A DNA stretch of 64,000 nucleotides, taken from Eledone cirrhosa. Lineage: Eukaryota. Positions 14,892-29,248 of this stretch are shown one piece after another. The notes under the pieces are model-generated. The model did no database searches, had not been told where the DNA came from, and saw only the letters and a list, made by a program, of their open reading frames with translations. The stretch spans positions 167,896,001-167,960,000 of the forward strand of contig OZ024740.1 of NCBI GenBank assembly GCA_964016885.1, written 5' to 3'. The translations under genes and the position numbers were made by a program. Numbering within the stretch: position 1 is the first letter of the stretch; every line of letters begins with the position of its first letter.

Positions 14892-15600
14892 CTAGCTGAG
14901 GAACCCGGTAATACCCGGGAGCAGGGATATTCCCAGTTCCCATTAAAATGCCCAATGCCTCTCAGACAAAATATGAAAGCAAAATATAGGACAGATTAGC
15001 AAATGCTAATGAGATTACCCTTAATAAGATGTGTGTTTATATAGTTAGGCTTAGCATGAGAATGAACTATCGATTATTTTCAGCAAGCAACGGTGTAAAG
15101 TTTAGAATCGATAATCTTTGTTGCAGGTGGTGAGAAAATAAATGTTATAGCAAGCAGAGAATATTAAGTTGATTTATAGAGAACATTTTAAGCCCACAAC
15201 AGCTAGAGCTAAATTTCGCTCATCAGTTAATCAAAAATCAGCTTACGTTTTGCTCGATTGGTCTGGATAACTTTCCTTAACAACAAGTCATCCTTAACAC
15301 ATAATCTATCTGTTTCATGTTTGAAGGAAATCGGTTAAGAGCTTTAAAAGTTATGGCAGAAAATAACATTCATATGAGCATTTGCATACAAATTTCCTAT
15401 TCATTTTTTTTTAAATCGATGCAGACTGGAAATTATCGATTCTTTTAGCTTCAAAGTACGTAAGAAATCAAATGGGCATGAGCCCCACACACGTGTCAAG
15501 TTTCATCAAGATTGGTTTAGTAGTTTTTGAGTTTTATGTTCACAAACAATTCCACAAACAAACACACAAACAGACAGAAATTGCCATTTATGTATATAGA
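14892..15600 (-). mobile_element. Non-autonomous Helitron
   Basis: On the - strand: 5'-TC at 15600, 3'-CTAG at 14895-14892, subterminal hairpin CCCGG(g)tatt(a)CCGGG, A|T target site and no TSD. Confidence 0.85.
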
Positions 15601-16149
15601 TAAGTCTACGAGAGATATTCGTGAAAACATTTTTTACCTTATAAAAAAACAAAGTATTCAGACAGATAACGTTTGAATTGTTCAGGGGTGCAACTCGGGA
15701 AATATTTATCGTTATTTATTCCAGATATTTAAACTGCATCCCATTTAGGAGGCGTGGAGGATATCAATAATTAAACTTGTGGAGCGAGGCAGAAAGACTA
15801 GTTGTTAGTAATGTGACAGTAAAAACTTCTTGGGGGCTTCCTTCCAAGACAAAACAAAATGGGAAAAAAAGAAAAATAGTGGCGTACATCTAAAGCAACA
15901 CATCAACAGTATGCTCCAAATAGGAGTACAACAACTACTGCCAGTACTGATTCCAGAATGCCATCAGTCACAGCTCCGAATATAATTAGATCAAAAGCAA
16001 ATGAAATTGCCTTATACTTAATGACACCAGCAGCAAAAATCTGAAATGTCATGAAGGAATACGAACCACCAAAACATAGAAGGAAAAAACTATTTCTTAA
16101 AGGTTGGATAGATATTGCAAACGTGTACATCACCCCCATTATTTATTAC

Positions 16150-16340
16150 CGCTGTGGATTGGCAGTATTGGTAGAGTGTCGGACGCCGTACTTTGCAGCA
16201 TTGAGTTACGGCTTTTTACGGTCTGAGTTCAAATCCCGTCGAGGTTAACTTTGCCTTTCATCCTTACGGAGTCGATAAAATAAAGTACCAGTAATGCACT
16301 GGGCTAATTGCTGGCCTTGTGTCAAAAGTAGAAACAATTA
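16150..16340 (+). mobile_element. Deu/Nin-like SINE with TSD attatttattaccg
   Basis: Head, core and flanking direct repeat at 16138 and 16337. Confidence 0.9.
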
Positions 16341-16696
16341 TTTATTACCGTCGGGCCAATGAAGGGATTCTGTAGGTCAGTTGGTGCAAAATAATGAGCA
16401 ATTTCCTTCAAACTACACCCTAACGTCTTAGTAAAGAAAGAACACAGTGAACATTATAGCTATATATAAAATATAAGGTCATCAATGTTGGAAACTTTTA
16501 ATTATAGAACTCGATATGCAGTAGCTGATTTTGTATAGACATGTATAAAATTAGCTGCATCTGCAGATATTCCGTTTTACACGTCTACTTTCCTGTCTAT
16601 TAGCCGGAGATATAGTCCTTCGGCAAGTGATGCATACAATCGTTCACTGCCCGAGTATTGTTGACTCGGGCAGTTCTGTTAAACAATTATTGTCGC

Positions 16697-16870
16697 GTGT
16701 CAATCGATTTTAATAAAGAAATAACGGTAGAAAAGTATAGAAAAGAGGAGTAGCTAGTAGTTAAATTAGACGAGGCGGTGAGAAGTGACATTGCAACTAA
16801 CGTGCTAGAGGCGAGAATGGCATTAGACCATTTCTTCAATGCGAAACACGAAGGTTGCATTGTCAGAGCT
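16697..16870 (+). pseudogene. Possible L1/Tx1-type LINE ORF2 fragment
   Basis: Manual translation VSIDFNKEITVEKYRKEE*LVVKLDEAVRSDIATNVLEARMALDHFFNAKHEGCIVRA resembles the helical linker ending in EG..VR before the RT domain. Recognised from memory only. Confidence 0.45.
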
Positions 16871-18036
16871 ACAAGCGAAATTTCATAATTTCAACCTCGG
16901 CAAAAAGATATTTTAATTTGTCCGTCTCGTAAATTTCACTCTTCCCATGACAATAGATATAACATTGCTTTCAGTTTTTAAAGTTTTGACGTCTGTGGAC
17001 AGATTAACCGTCTGTTTCTTTAATAGACTGGGGAGTGTTTTATAACTAAAGATTCGTATAATTCTTCTTGAAAATAGATGAGATATGAACAGTGAAATTT
17101 TTCGCTTTTTTTCCTATCTAAAAAAGATATTTTGCTACTTTCTTTAAGTTCTATTTGTAATTATTTCCTTGTTTCGTTTTCATCTCATCAAAGGTCCTAA
17201 ATACATGAAGGAGAGGGATGACTCTACGGCATTATCTTTATTTGCTTATTCAAACAAAAATTCGATGTGACGTTGCTAAACAAAAACCAACACTGCAAAA
17301 TAAGATAATGAAAACAATCATCATCATTGGCGTCATCATCATCGCTATACTGATCATCATCATCCTCATAATCATCATCAATATGATCACCACCACCAAT
17401 GGAGTAACTCAAGCGTGGCTTCATATTTCCCACAATGCGATATACAAATTGGCTAGAGCCTCTTTTTGTACTTCTGAAGGCGTTGGACAGCAATTTCTTT
17501 GTTTCTTCTTTCCTTCCTGTTATTTCTTTCTTATATATTTTTTCCATTTATAAATCTTCTTCGTCTCTTTTTCCAAGCTACTTCTCTGATTCACGCCTCT
17601 GTCGTGTTCTTTATTTATTTCTATTATTTTTTATCTTTCCTTCTTAGTCTAACTACTTCATACAACTATTTTTATATATTTACAAGTGATAGATCAACAT
17701 TCTCTAGTGTTGCGAGTGAAGTGAATGTAATGGTGAATAATGAAACAAAGTTTTGAAGTAACATGTGATGTTTTGGTGGGCGCCAACTTAAAAGATATTT
17801 TATTAATGAAAACAGTCTTAACATATCCTTTTGATCACCGTTTCTTATTATTTCGTTTACATTTGTTTCGCTCTAAGACGTTCAGCATTCCGTAATAGAA
17901 GAACGAAAAACAGCACACAAATGAAATTAGAGATTCCGTATCTTGATGGCGACAACTCGTAACAAAAAAGACAAATTCCTACGAATAATTGTAAATCACA
18001 CTAAACACTTATTATTACATATTGTTGAACAAACAA

Positions 18037-18216
18037 TAATTGTTTCTACTTTTGGCACAAGGCCAGCACTTATCCCAGTGTATTACTGGTACTTTATTTT
18101 ATCGACTCCGTAAGGATGAAAGGCAAAGTTAACCTCGGCGGGATTTGAACTCAGACCATAAAGGGCCGTAACTCTATGCGTCAAAGCATGGCGTCCGACC
18201 CTCTACCGATACTGCC
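18037..18216 (-). mobile_element. Deu/Nin-like SINE
   Basis: Reverse-complement head and core; aaacaataat on both flanks. Confidence 0.9.
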
Positions 18217-18315
18217 AAGAAACAATAATGGCTGGAAGTGTGAAGCCTTCAGAAAAAGAGGAGAAAATATGTTTTTACACTTTAGAAACCCAATCAAGAG
18301 AAAATTGAAGACGCA

Positions 18316-18417
18316 ATATATATATATATACAATTGTATTGTCAATACAATTTATATATATATATATATATAAATTGTATTGACAATACAATTGTATATA
18401 TATATATATATATATAT

Positions 18418-18510
<93 letters not shown>
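18316..18510. repeat. (TA)n-centred palindrome followed by (GA)n
   Basis: caattgtattgtcaatacaattta-(TA)n-taaattgtattgacaatacaattg. Confidence 0.9.
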
Positions 18511-18514
<4 letters not shown>

Positions 18515-19288
18515 AATCGAAAATGCAACTGGAGTCTTATTTTTTTAAATATATATATTTATTTGGTTCCTTTACCGGTTTCGCGGTTCTTCTGCTTTTC
18601 AAAAGTAGAGTTGAACCAAATAAATATATATATATTGTATTAACACAGTGTACCTAGGACTACATGATCCAATACATCATTCTTTAATGTAAGATGACAT
18701 GAAGAAATTTGCTATTTGCAGATTTCGTGTGGCCAGAATATTTGTATTCTAGTTTTTCGTAGCGTCAAGTTTACACGGGTAGATTTATTCCAGAGGGAAT
18801 TCGAAACTGGTTCGCATGCTAGTTTAATGCACAGTGCTAAAACATACACGAGCCAGGTCATAAAAGTAGTATATGTTCTACAAATTGCATCTATTATCTT
18901 CAAAACAACGAAACAGGTACAAACATTGAGGATACGTCTGCTCTATCAAAGTTACACATTGGATCTTAAAAGATCGAACAACACAACAGATAGCAAAGAA
19001 TTCAAAATATTTGCATATTTAATACGAAGCATTGGGAGATATGCTATTTTGACTGCTAAGTTTAACAAAGCCGGTACAATACAGTAGAAATATATAAAGG
19101 ACATCAGATTACAATTAAAACAAAACAAAATAAGGTTTTACCCAGTATAATTCAATATGATATTTCAGGGCAAATATCCTCTTTTCAAAAGTGAAACGGA
19201 AACAGTTTAAAACAAAGACGAACGATTGTGTTCTTCCCTAACTGGTTTACGTGTATGAAATATACATGCATGGAGCCGTTATATTAGT

Positions 19289-19530
19289 TAATCTGCTTCG
19301 TGAATTTCTAGTCTATTATTTATCTGTGGCTTTTTCTTGTTGATGATAATGGCCTCCTATACTTAATTTTCCCACATTCACTATCATGAACTCAATGTCT
19401 CAGCTGTGGCATTTCTCAAGATGTTTTTGACAGAAGAATCTCTCGTCGTTATGTGCTCTTTGATTCAGATGTGCAGCATCCAACTGGTACTTCTGATGTA
19501 CTAGGAACTACATTTTACAATTTATATTAA
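19289..19530 (-). pseudogene. Decayed PLE GIY-YIG endonuclease
   Basis: Manual translation across frameshifts: YIRSTSWMLHI*IKEHITTRDSSVK / KHLEKCHS / EAIIINKKKPQINNRLE. Confidence 0.72.
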
Positions 19531-21569
19531 CATGGAAAATGATGAGAAAAAAACTGATAGAATATCAGACATCCAAATATTCCAAGTTTCATAGTTCTGA
19601 GTATGACTTCAGTAAAGATGGAAACAATCCAGAACATTTTTAATTTATGAGTTTTCCTAATATTCCAAATTCATACAATTACATCGCGCTTACCGAAAGA
19701 GAAGGTGATGTAATTAATCCATTGTTTTACAATCGCTGCAGAGAGTAAAATTATCTATGTGCAGACCACAAATTTATAGACAACAATTTTGTACCTAGGT
19801 ATCTGAAATTTTGTATAGGTATGCACGTTTTAACAAAGGTCAGAAGCTATACAACGTATTTTGAACTTTATTCTGAAATGTTCTTTTCAGGGGTTGACAG
19901 AAAAAAATAAGAATGTGATATACCCTCAGCTTACTGATTAGAAAATAATATTATAATATCTAGAGTAAAGATTTTTGTTAAAATTCCATATTTGTTTTCT
20001 TTTTGCTTTGGTTTTGATACGACATTTCTTTGAGAATCAACATTCCTGGACAAAATGGGGACGTTCAGCAATATTTGAAGCAATTTATCAAACATATAGT
20101 GAATGCGTATGATTTTATTGATTTTATGTAATTATTAGCACGAATAATGCCAGATACGACTGATAGTAATACACGGCGGAATCTAAGGACAGGCTTACTA
20201 ACTGCATTTTGCACAGAATACTTTTCTTAATATAGACAACTTGAATTAGATGAATTTAGATTTTGTTTCACGCGCAAGTTTCAACCAAATTACCCACAAA
20301 ATAAAATCATATAAAAGTGTTAAGTCAGCACTTCCAAAGTTTATTCGTCTAAGGCTTTCCCTTGACATGGAACATCTAATAACTTTATATCTTGATTTTC
20401 CAATTACCATCTTCTTTCTTGAGATATATTCAATAATATTTATCAGATGTTTTATTTCTTTACCGGTTTTTTTTCTCCCTTGAGACTCCGAGTCTTAAAC
20501 CAAATCAGCTGTAAAACGGTAAAACTCATTAATTCTCATTTTGTGTGACATATATCATGAAGTATTGTATGTAGTTTACATACAAGCATTTCTCTGGTAA
20601 TTTGTTCAGTAGAGGATTTTAAACTAATGCTATATTGCGCTCGCTAGAAACTAAGGTTTAGACAGACGCCGGGAAAAAATAACGAGACCCATTGGAGAAA
20701 ATTAAGAGATTCGCATGCTATAACGTATGTTTGCCACGAATAAAGCTGTGGGTGAAAACAAATTATTTTATCTTTGCAATAGATATATACTCCATTAATG
20801 TATACATTCTAGTATTAACGGACAATAAAATATTAATATATGTGTGAGTAACTGAGTGTGTATGTGTTAAGTATATGTGTCTATGTGTGTGTGTAATGAA
20901 GTCAATTAATGAACGAAAAATGGAACAGTCCTGGTTTGGAATAATTGGAATGATTCTTCATAATCTATAAAGTTCTATAAAGCTTAATTCTTCCGTTATA
21001 ATAAAATCCCATAAAGATTGCAATAATCCATTTGTTTTCTTTGTTACATAAAGTAATTTATGGTTATTTAATTCCATCGTTTTATGAATTACGTTGCGGC
21101 AGTGTGGCAAAAGCTTAAAACCGAAGAAGCAGATTGCTTCAAAATGTAATAAATCTGCTAAGCTTTCCATTGCATATAAACAAAGTTTTATTCTAGTGCC
21201 ACTAAGATGTGTATACTAATTCGTATAAAAGTCATGTTATTAAATGTCAAACAAGCTTGAAGTTGACTCTTCAGGCTTGTGCATAAATACAGCATTCGTC
21301 AACATATAGATATTTTTTCGAGGAAACCAAAATCAAAACAAAAAAAGACACACAGAATGAATACTAAAAATAGTAGTCCAAGATCTTTAAATAGATGCAG
21401 ATGGAAATCTTTGGAATTTGGCAAAATTATCTTTTTAAATTCACAAAAATAAAAATATCATAAAATCATTATTGGGATAGTTTAAACATTTTTAATTAGT
21501 TAAGTTATATAAGGCTACGGCATAATTTTTGTAGACGCTTCGATTCTGGGGAGGTTGAAGTTGATGCGC

Positions 21570-21858
21570 AGTTTAAACCTATATATGTTTAATGCCTGTT
21601 AGAAAATTATAGGCAAACAATAAATTCTGAGGAAGATACATCACGCTTTAGCGCCCCTACTAACTGGGTGTTGGAAATCTTTTGATTTAGTGCGGAGTGA
21701 AAAGGTAATGCCCGTGATCTTTTCCATTACATCCGTAGCTACTAGGATGTAGGATGAAGCTATCCTTAGATCGAAGATATCGTCTGAATGACTGTAAAAG
21801 AGTGGAACGGTCCACTGATGAGGGACACAATTTCGGTTTCTCTCTCAAATATTTGGTC
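21570..21858 (+). mobile_element. Decayed PLE 3' end: GIY-YIG tail followed by a degenerate hammerhead (21810-21858)
   Basis: EAILRSKI..LNDCK.EW across frameshifts parallels EASEIEIRRPKLNRKNEW. It is followed by cca-CTGATGA-ggga..tctc-(g)AAA-tat-t-tgg, which lacks G12. Confidence 0.45.
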
Positions 21859-22356
21859 GGCAAAAGTCTATACTAGAAGACATTTTTTCATGATGCCGCA
21901 CATTAAAATCCAATCTAAAACCAGGTGTTTTGGAAACTTAACTTCTTGAACACACAGTAATGCTTACATCCATATCGATTTTCGATGGATTCGCTGTATC
22001 ATTACGATGTTAACCGAATGGAAGTCTTTCAAAATTTGAGTATGGCCCTTTATGTGTTAAGTTCAAATCCTGTCTCTCATCCTTCTATCGACTATAAAAT
22101 AAAATAACAACCGAGTGCTGGGATCAATTTGATATTCCTATAAAGCATTATACATGAGAATTGAATGGTAATAGAAGAATAACAAAATATTCATCACCTG
22201 CGAAGACCAGTGTGCAAAACGTAAGATTATATATATCACTAATGCATTGCCTAATGCTGCGTCCTTCCTTATTTAATACTACTCGGCGCAATGTGAAAGG
22301 TTTAGTTGCTATTTCTATCAGGAAAAGTTATAGCATAGAAGCTTCCGCTTTAACGT

Positions 22357-22446
<90 letters not shown>

Positions 22447-23043
22447 GTCTGTTAACTTGATTAAAAGAGGGCAAGTATCTCGTCTCTCTATTTTTGTTTC
22501 AGGTTGTCAGCAACATAACATGCCAAATGTGATTGAAAATGATTTAAAGAGCAGCAAATAATACAAAATGACGGAAGCTGTTAGGAATATTACAGAAAGG
22601 TATGGGGGAACATATTAGAAAATCAAAGATGTGTGAAAATGTGAAAATGTGAAAATGCGAATATGAAACAGGAAAAAAATGAAGTGAAAATAACGATGAG
22701 AAGTCAGGCACCGAATAAGGAAGAAGATCGGAAATTATCAAACACCACAAATCGTGGAAATAATAAAACAGATTCAATTATTTTAAAGATATGAAAATGA
22801 TGGAAAATGTACTGAGGTTAATAGCAGATGAGAGGACAGGAATAAACTTAAGAAAAAACAAACATAAAGAAACTAAAACCACCACGCATAGACACATACA
22901 GACATAACAAGCACCACATATACGTTACACACCACACCACAAACACACACAACACACACATGCACAAGTGTGTATGTGAGTATATATATATATATAAATT
23001 TATATATATATATACAGTACATACAGATATATATATATATATT

Positions 23044-23115
<72 letters not shown>

Positions 23116-23582
23116 TATATATATGTATATATATATATGTATATAGGTAAATATTTATATTATATTTTTTAATTTTGATTAATTTTAATTGTATATTAAT
23201 TTTGATTTATTTTGAAAAATTGGTTGAATTTTACTTGTTCTGCTTATCTCGATATTAAGTTCTGGTATATCAAATTATTACCATAGAACCACCTTAAATC
23301 ATAGACACACTATATATTTCCAGGGGTACATTGTACCCTCAGATATATATTAACCTTATTCAACAATCTCCAGTATGTAGAGATACAAATTTGTCGTTCT
23401 ATTTAGTTACTGAAAATCTTTTTTTAGTGGCGATTATAGACGGCGAGTCTAGGATTTCCCGCCTTCACTATACACCAATGTATTTAGGGGTCACTTTCAC
23501 GACCTTTTAGACCTGTATTAGTTGGAGTGAGGTCATATATTTTGTCGTTCCTGGGGTTTTTAACCCTAGGACAGGAAAATGC

Positions 23583-23660
23583 TTCTCTGATGATCGTTGC
23601 TTTTCCATTAATATCCTCGTGATATTTAATGTTTTGCACCGTGAAACTGTACAGTTAGGG
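23583..23660 (+). ncRNA. Type I hammerhead ribozyme
   Basis: ttct-CTGATGA-t-cgttgc..cattaatatc/gatatttaatg..gcaccg-t-GAAA-ctgtacag-TT-aggg. Stem III is palindromic (AACTGTACAGTT), the triplet is GUU and stem I has 4 bp including two G-U pairs. Confidence 0.75.
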
Positions 23661-24109
23661 CCATTTGAATAGGTAAATATTTATATTATATTTTTTAATT
23701 TTGATTAATTTTAATTGTATATTAATTTTGATTTATTTTGAAAAATTGGTTGAATTTTACTTGTTCTGCTTATCTCGATATTAAGTTCTGGTATATCAAA
23801 TTATTACCATAGAACCACCTTAAATCATAGACACACTATATATTTCTGGGGGTACATTGTACCCTCAGATATATATTAACCTTATTCAATAATCTCCAGT
23901 ATGTAGAGATACAAATTTGTCGTTCTATTTAGTTACTGAAAATCTGGTTTTTAATGGCGATTATAGACGGCGAGTCTAGGATTTCCCGCCTTCACTATAC
24001 ACCAATGTATTTACGGGTCACTTTCACGACCTTTTAGACCTGTATTAGTTGGAGTGAGGTCATATATTTTGTCGTTCCTGGGGTTTTTAACCCTAGGACA
24101 GGAAAATGC

Positions 24110-24187
24110 TTCTCTGATGATCGTTGCTTTTCCATTAATATCCTCGTGATATTTAATGTTTTGCACCGTGAAACTGTACAGTTAGGG
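24110..24187 (+). ncRNA. Type I hammerhead ribozyme (second copy)
   Basis: Identical motif 527 bp downstream. Confidence 0.75.
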
Positions 24188-24301
24188 CCATTTGAATAGG
24201 TAAATATTTATATTATATTTTTTAATTTTGATTAATTTTAATTGTATATTAATTTTGATTTATTTTGAAAAATTGTTTGAATTTTACTTGTTCTGCTTAT
24301 C

Positions 24302-24410
<109 letters not shown>

Positions 24411-24764
24411 ATATACATATTCTCACAAGCTCCGATGAATTGACTGGTTATAACTTTGTATTGGTCATCGAATAACGCGAAAATAAGTGGGTAGCGATCT
24501 CTAGACCTACCAGTTCAGAGAAACAATTGTCAGCAATGAGATTAAAATCCTTTTTTGTATAGCAAACCGTGTCACTCTTCTTTCCTGATTTATCATTACT
24601 CCAAGTGTTTACAACATAGGAATTACAGCATATTCGCAGCATCACTATGGAAACGCCTTGTTGAGTCAAACTTAGCCAAGCGTTGATATCATCCACTACC
24701 CGGAGTACCATAACTGGACTACACTTAAGTGGACTACCTATAACAATAATTTGTTACCCCGTAT

Positions 24765-24811
<47 letters not shown>

Positions 24812-24858
24812 AAGTAAAAGCGAAGTAGTTTCAGATCTTCAAGTCCTTTAATAATAAT

Positions 24859-24932
24859 GCTGTGATATATATTTCAATGACGACACTGGCCACACTGTTC
24901 TGTGTGCGAGTGTCGTGAGATCATCAGACAGC
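24859..24932 (-). ncRNA. Type I hammerhead ribozyme
   Basis: gctgt-CTGATGA-tctc-acgacact..agtgtcgt-catt-GAAA-tatata-TC-acagc. Perfect 5-bp stem I, palindromic stem III and AUC triplet; the base of stem II is mismatched. Confidence 0.7.
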
Positions 24933-25872
24933 TTGTTACATAATAAGGTTATGTTTCCGAGGCAATCCAAGTTGAATCGACAAGGGAACGGACGAAGTGT
25001 GTGCTTTTGGGTTCTTCATCCGTTCCCCTGTGAATACCAATTCACCCCCACCGGTCTGCGCAGGCGCATGTCCGAAGGAAGTTGACCATTAGCCACCGCA
25101 GATTTCAACGAAATTCGCTTTGTCAGTTCACCCTCTCAGCCAAACAATGACCCATTTAGGCCTGTACCATAGTTTACTGCTACCCATCCCATCTGTGGCA
25201 GTCAGCCGAAAGCCAGAGGGGATGGGAGAGTGTTAGTTTTTACAGGTCACAATACTACCTCTCACCAAGCGTGGACAGTACGACTGACCATCAACTCCCA
25301 AGAGAAAATATACTTAATTCTAGGTACCATGGTTTTACATTGGAAGTTATGAGTGAGAGTTGGAAATAAAAATGAAAATCCTAAATCAAAAATTATAAAT
25401 TAAACAATTAAAAAATTAACAATTAGAAATTAAAAATTTTTCAAGTGAGAATCCGGATTGAGGTGAGTAAAAAAACATATAGATTGAAGTGAGTAAATCA
25501 TATGGAGAGAGATGTTTAAGTAAGAAGTTCTGAGAGGGGTTCCAATGTCACAGTTAACAATATCTACATATTGAACGATAGTGCCGTACATTAGAACGGA
25601 GGGTAAACTACAGTATTCATGGCAGTAGTCAATCTGGTACACAGTCATAATTTCCATCACATGGAACAAAACCAAAGAAAAACAGTACACAAAAGAAAAG
25701 AACCAATAATGAATAAATGCAAAAACACAGAGTACATATATGCAAAATGATCCATATGATTGTCAATTTGTCCATGTATAGATTGAATTGAGGGGGCTTC
25801 TGTTCAAAAGCGATTTGGTGCGGGAAAATATGGGTGTATATATATATATATATATATATATACAGTACATAC

Positions 25873-25932
<60 letters not shown>

Positions 25933-26242
25933 ATGTACTGTAAATATATACACACACACATATATATGTATGTATGTATCTTTGTCTTTATGTATATACA
26001 TAATGCGCATAATAAACAACATAAGCAGGAAAAGGTAGACGAGTGAAAAGTGCGGAAGTGAGGAGTAAAATAATTAATTAAAACACGAATTAGAGAGACA
26101 AACGAGGAAAATTGTGAAATGAGAGAAAATGGGTAATAACAAAAGTAAAAATAATGATTTAATTAATTTCTCCTGACTACGAAGAAAAGTTAGGTAAATT
26201 TTGTCTGTTTTGTTTCATTTATTAACTACATATATAATTTTT

Positions 26243-27040
26243 AAAAAAGTGTTTCGCTCTACATGGCTGAATACAACAATTGTAATCTGAGTTTTTCGAA
26301 TATCAACAACAACATTCGACTCGTTTGCAATTATGTAAACAAGCTTCATTTTAAAAGCCATGTCACTATGATGAACCCCTGATTCTTGATCTTGTGTTGG
26401 CATGCAAACAGAACTGCAGACACTAATGTTTCTGGGTATTACCCTTCATCAGTACAGTTCACTGTTCACCTGCCAACTGTCAGAGCTAGTGAAAATATAT
26501 ATTTTCTAAAATACAAATAAATTATCGAGAATCGGAATTTCGGCCCACGAAATAACGAAACACAATCTTCGAGGTGCGTGGCAAAGGGCTCAATAGTTTG
26601 GATAAACCAGAGCTATAACTATCGTTTAAATACCAACACACGGAGACAATGCTTAAAATCATTCGCACAGCCGAAAAAAACGACCAGGAAAATTCGGGTC
26701 AGACAAATAATAATATAAATGAATGAAAAATCTTTTCTAAAATATACAGTCACTGATCCGCCTGATTTGTATATTAGCAGACCCACTGATCAGCCAGATT
26801 TGCATATCAGCAGACTAGCCAGTTAGTTTCCTGTATACGAGCAATCAATGGCCGGCTTTGCCACATACAAGTAAAAAAAAATGTTCGCTCTACATGGCTG
26901 AATACAAGAATGAGGTGCTCATTCTACTGACATGGCTTTAAAATGAGGTTTGTTTGCATAATTGCAAACGAGTCGAATGTTGTTGTTGATATTATAAAAT
27001 CTCAGATTACATTTGTTGTATTCAGCCATGTAGAGCGGAA
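26243..27040 (-). mobile_element. ~631-bp terminally redundant hammerhead-bearing unit with an inverted 5' end
   Basis: cgctctacatggctgaatacaa is a direct repeat at 26255 and 26886; 26253-26365 is inverted at 26928-27040; (TA)n follows. Confidence 0.75.
26411..26460 (-). ncRNA. Type I hammerhead ribozyme, canonical GUC site
   Basis: gaactgta-CTGATGA-a-gggt-aat-accc-a-GAAA-ca-ttag-tg-TC-tgcagttc. Stem I has 8 bp, stem II 4 bp and stem III 3 bp. Confidence 0.87.
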
Positions 27041-27116
27041 ATTGTATATATATATATATATATATATATAGGAAAAGAGTCAGGAAACCGACGGCTGAGC
27101 TCCGGCCGTTTCTTTT

Positions 27117-27161
<45 letters not shown>

Positions 27162-27272
27162 TGGATTGATAGATAAGATTAGATAGAAGAGCATAAGATG
27201 TAAAATAGGAATAACTAAACGAACAAGTAGTAGTAGTAGTAGTAGTAGTAGTAGGAGGAGGAGGAGGAGTTA

Positions 27273-27329
<57 letters not shown>

Positions 27330-27769
27330 CAGTTGTTGTTCTTGTTGTATGGATGTGATGCAGGATGTGGACGGGAAGAGGGGTGGCTGGGGAGAAGAAG
27401 GAGAAAGATATTGGTATCTAAAGTAGCGTCACGCCATTTCTATCTTGATCCCTTACTGTCAAAATTGATCGATAATAGGGGGTTGTAACCTTGAATAACA
27501 TACCCGAGCTAGAAACTTGAATATTCATGGGGGTCATGCTATGTCGGGTCTATGAACAGGCCCTTCGGGACGCTGCAGGGTTAAGGTTGTCCCTCAGAAG
27601 AGGTGGTAATCTGAAGGGTAAGAGAAAGGCGACTAAGCATCACCAGCGTGACCCTTTTCTCTGCAGAATAAAAAGACATTCATTATTATAACTCTTGATA
27701 AGGGCGATATGTTGGCAAAGCTGATAAAGAACTATATTAAATGCATTACAGAATTTGCTGTAGTTCCAC

Positions 27770-27975
<206 letters not shown>

Positions 27976-29059
27976 TATATATATATGGAGAGAGTTAATT
28001 ATATCATATATAATATAATATAATTTAAAGAAAATGACATGAAAATAAAGATAAACATCTATCTATCTCTCTATATATATACGTGTGTGTGCGCGTGCGT
28101 GTGTGTATGGACGTATGTGTGTGGACGTGGACGTGTGTGTACGCGTATGTGTGAGTGCGTGTGTGTATATATCTGCATATATTCATTTTATTAAGGCAAT
28201 GATAGCCATGCAATAAACAGGCGAAACTCCAAAGTAACAAGACTCACTATTTAGCCTTAATAAAATGAATATCAAAACTCTACTTCGGTATTGAGTACTC
28301 CTTTCTCTTAGCCGTCAACCACATACGGATATATATATATATGTGTGTGTGTGAGGGCGTGTATGTGTGTGTGTGTGTGTATGTGTGTGTTGTTAGAAAT
28401 CCGTAAATGAAAAATCAAGAGCCCAGTCATGGCCACTACTGTATATTGGAGGAGGCAAGGCTGGCTTTAACTTTGTTTGTTGACTTAATTGTTCAAAATG
28501 TCTAGGGTTTTTTATCTACTCTAGTAGCCAAGGGATGCGACTCTTAAAACCGACTCCCCCTCTCTCTCTCTCCCCATTGGTAAAAATTTATAAAATTTGA
28601 AACCAGAAGAACTTACATACTTACATTGCAGCGGAAATTCCCAATATCCCTCTTCACTTTAGTAAAACTAAATTATCAAAGTAAGCAATGCTCTAGTCAT
28701 AAATACAGTATGCCTGAATAAAAGATATGATAGTGTCTCTGTTAGAACACCTTTATAATCATGTCTGCTCAATTATCTTCCAATCATGTTCAGTCAATAA
28801 AATAATAATTACCATATCTTTTTCCTTGATTCAATCAACGTTTTTACAGTTTAGATGGGTATAAATTTCGTGGGGAGGTGGAGTGGAGAGAGTATCTTCA
28901 AACTGGGGGTCTGTCGCCAATGCTTGCAACAGAGTGCAATTCGTTAAAGTTAGCAAAGCGTTATATGGTGGCGTTAAACCGCGTGGCGGATTAAGTCAAC
29001 CATCTAAGTGTACCATGACGAGTTTGGAATTCAGAATGCAAAGGACCAGAACATATACC

Positions 29060-29240
29060 ACAAAACATCCTGATCGACTTTTTGATAATTCCGCCAGTTT
29101 ACCAGCCAGGAATCAAACTTTATTCATTGACCACTCACTGATGAATAGCAAAGTTGATATTGGTAGGATTTGAACTCAGAACGTAAGAAGCTGGAATAAA
29201 TGCAGCAAGGTATTTTGTTCTACGCTCGAACAACTCGCCG
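29060..29240 (-). mobile_element. Older SINE subfamily, degenerate
   Basis: aaagttga...ggatttgaactcagaacgta, as at 6730-6900. Confidence 0.6.
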
Positions 29241-29248
29241 TCATTATT

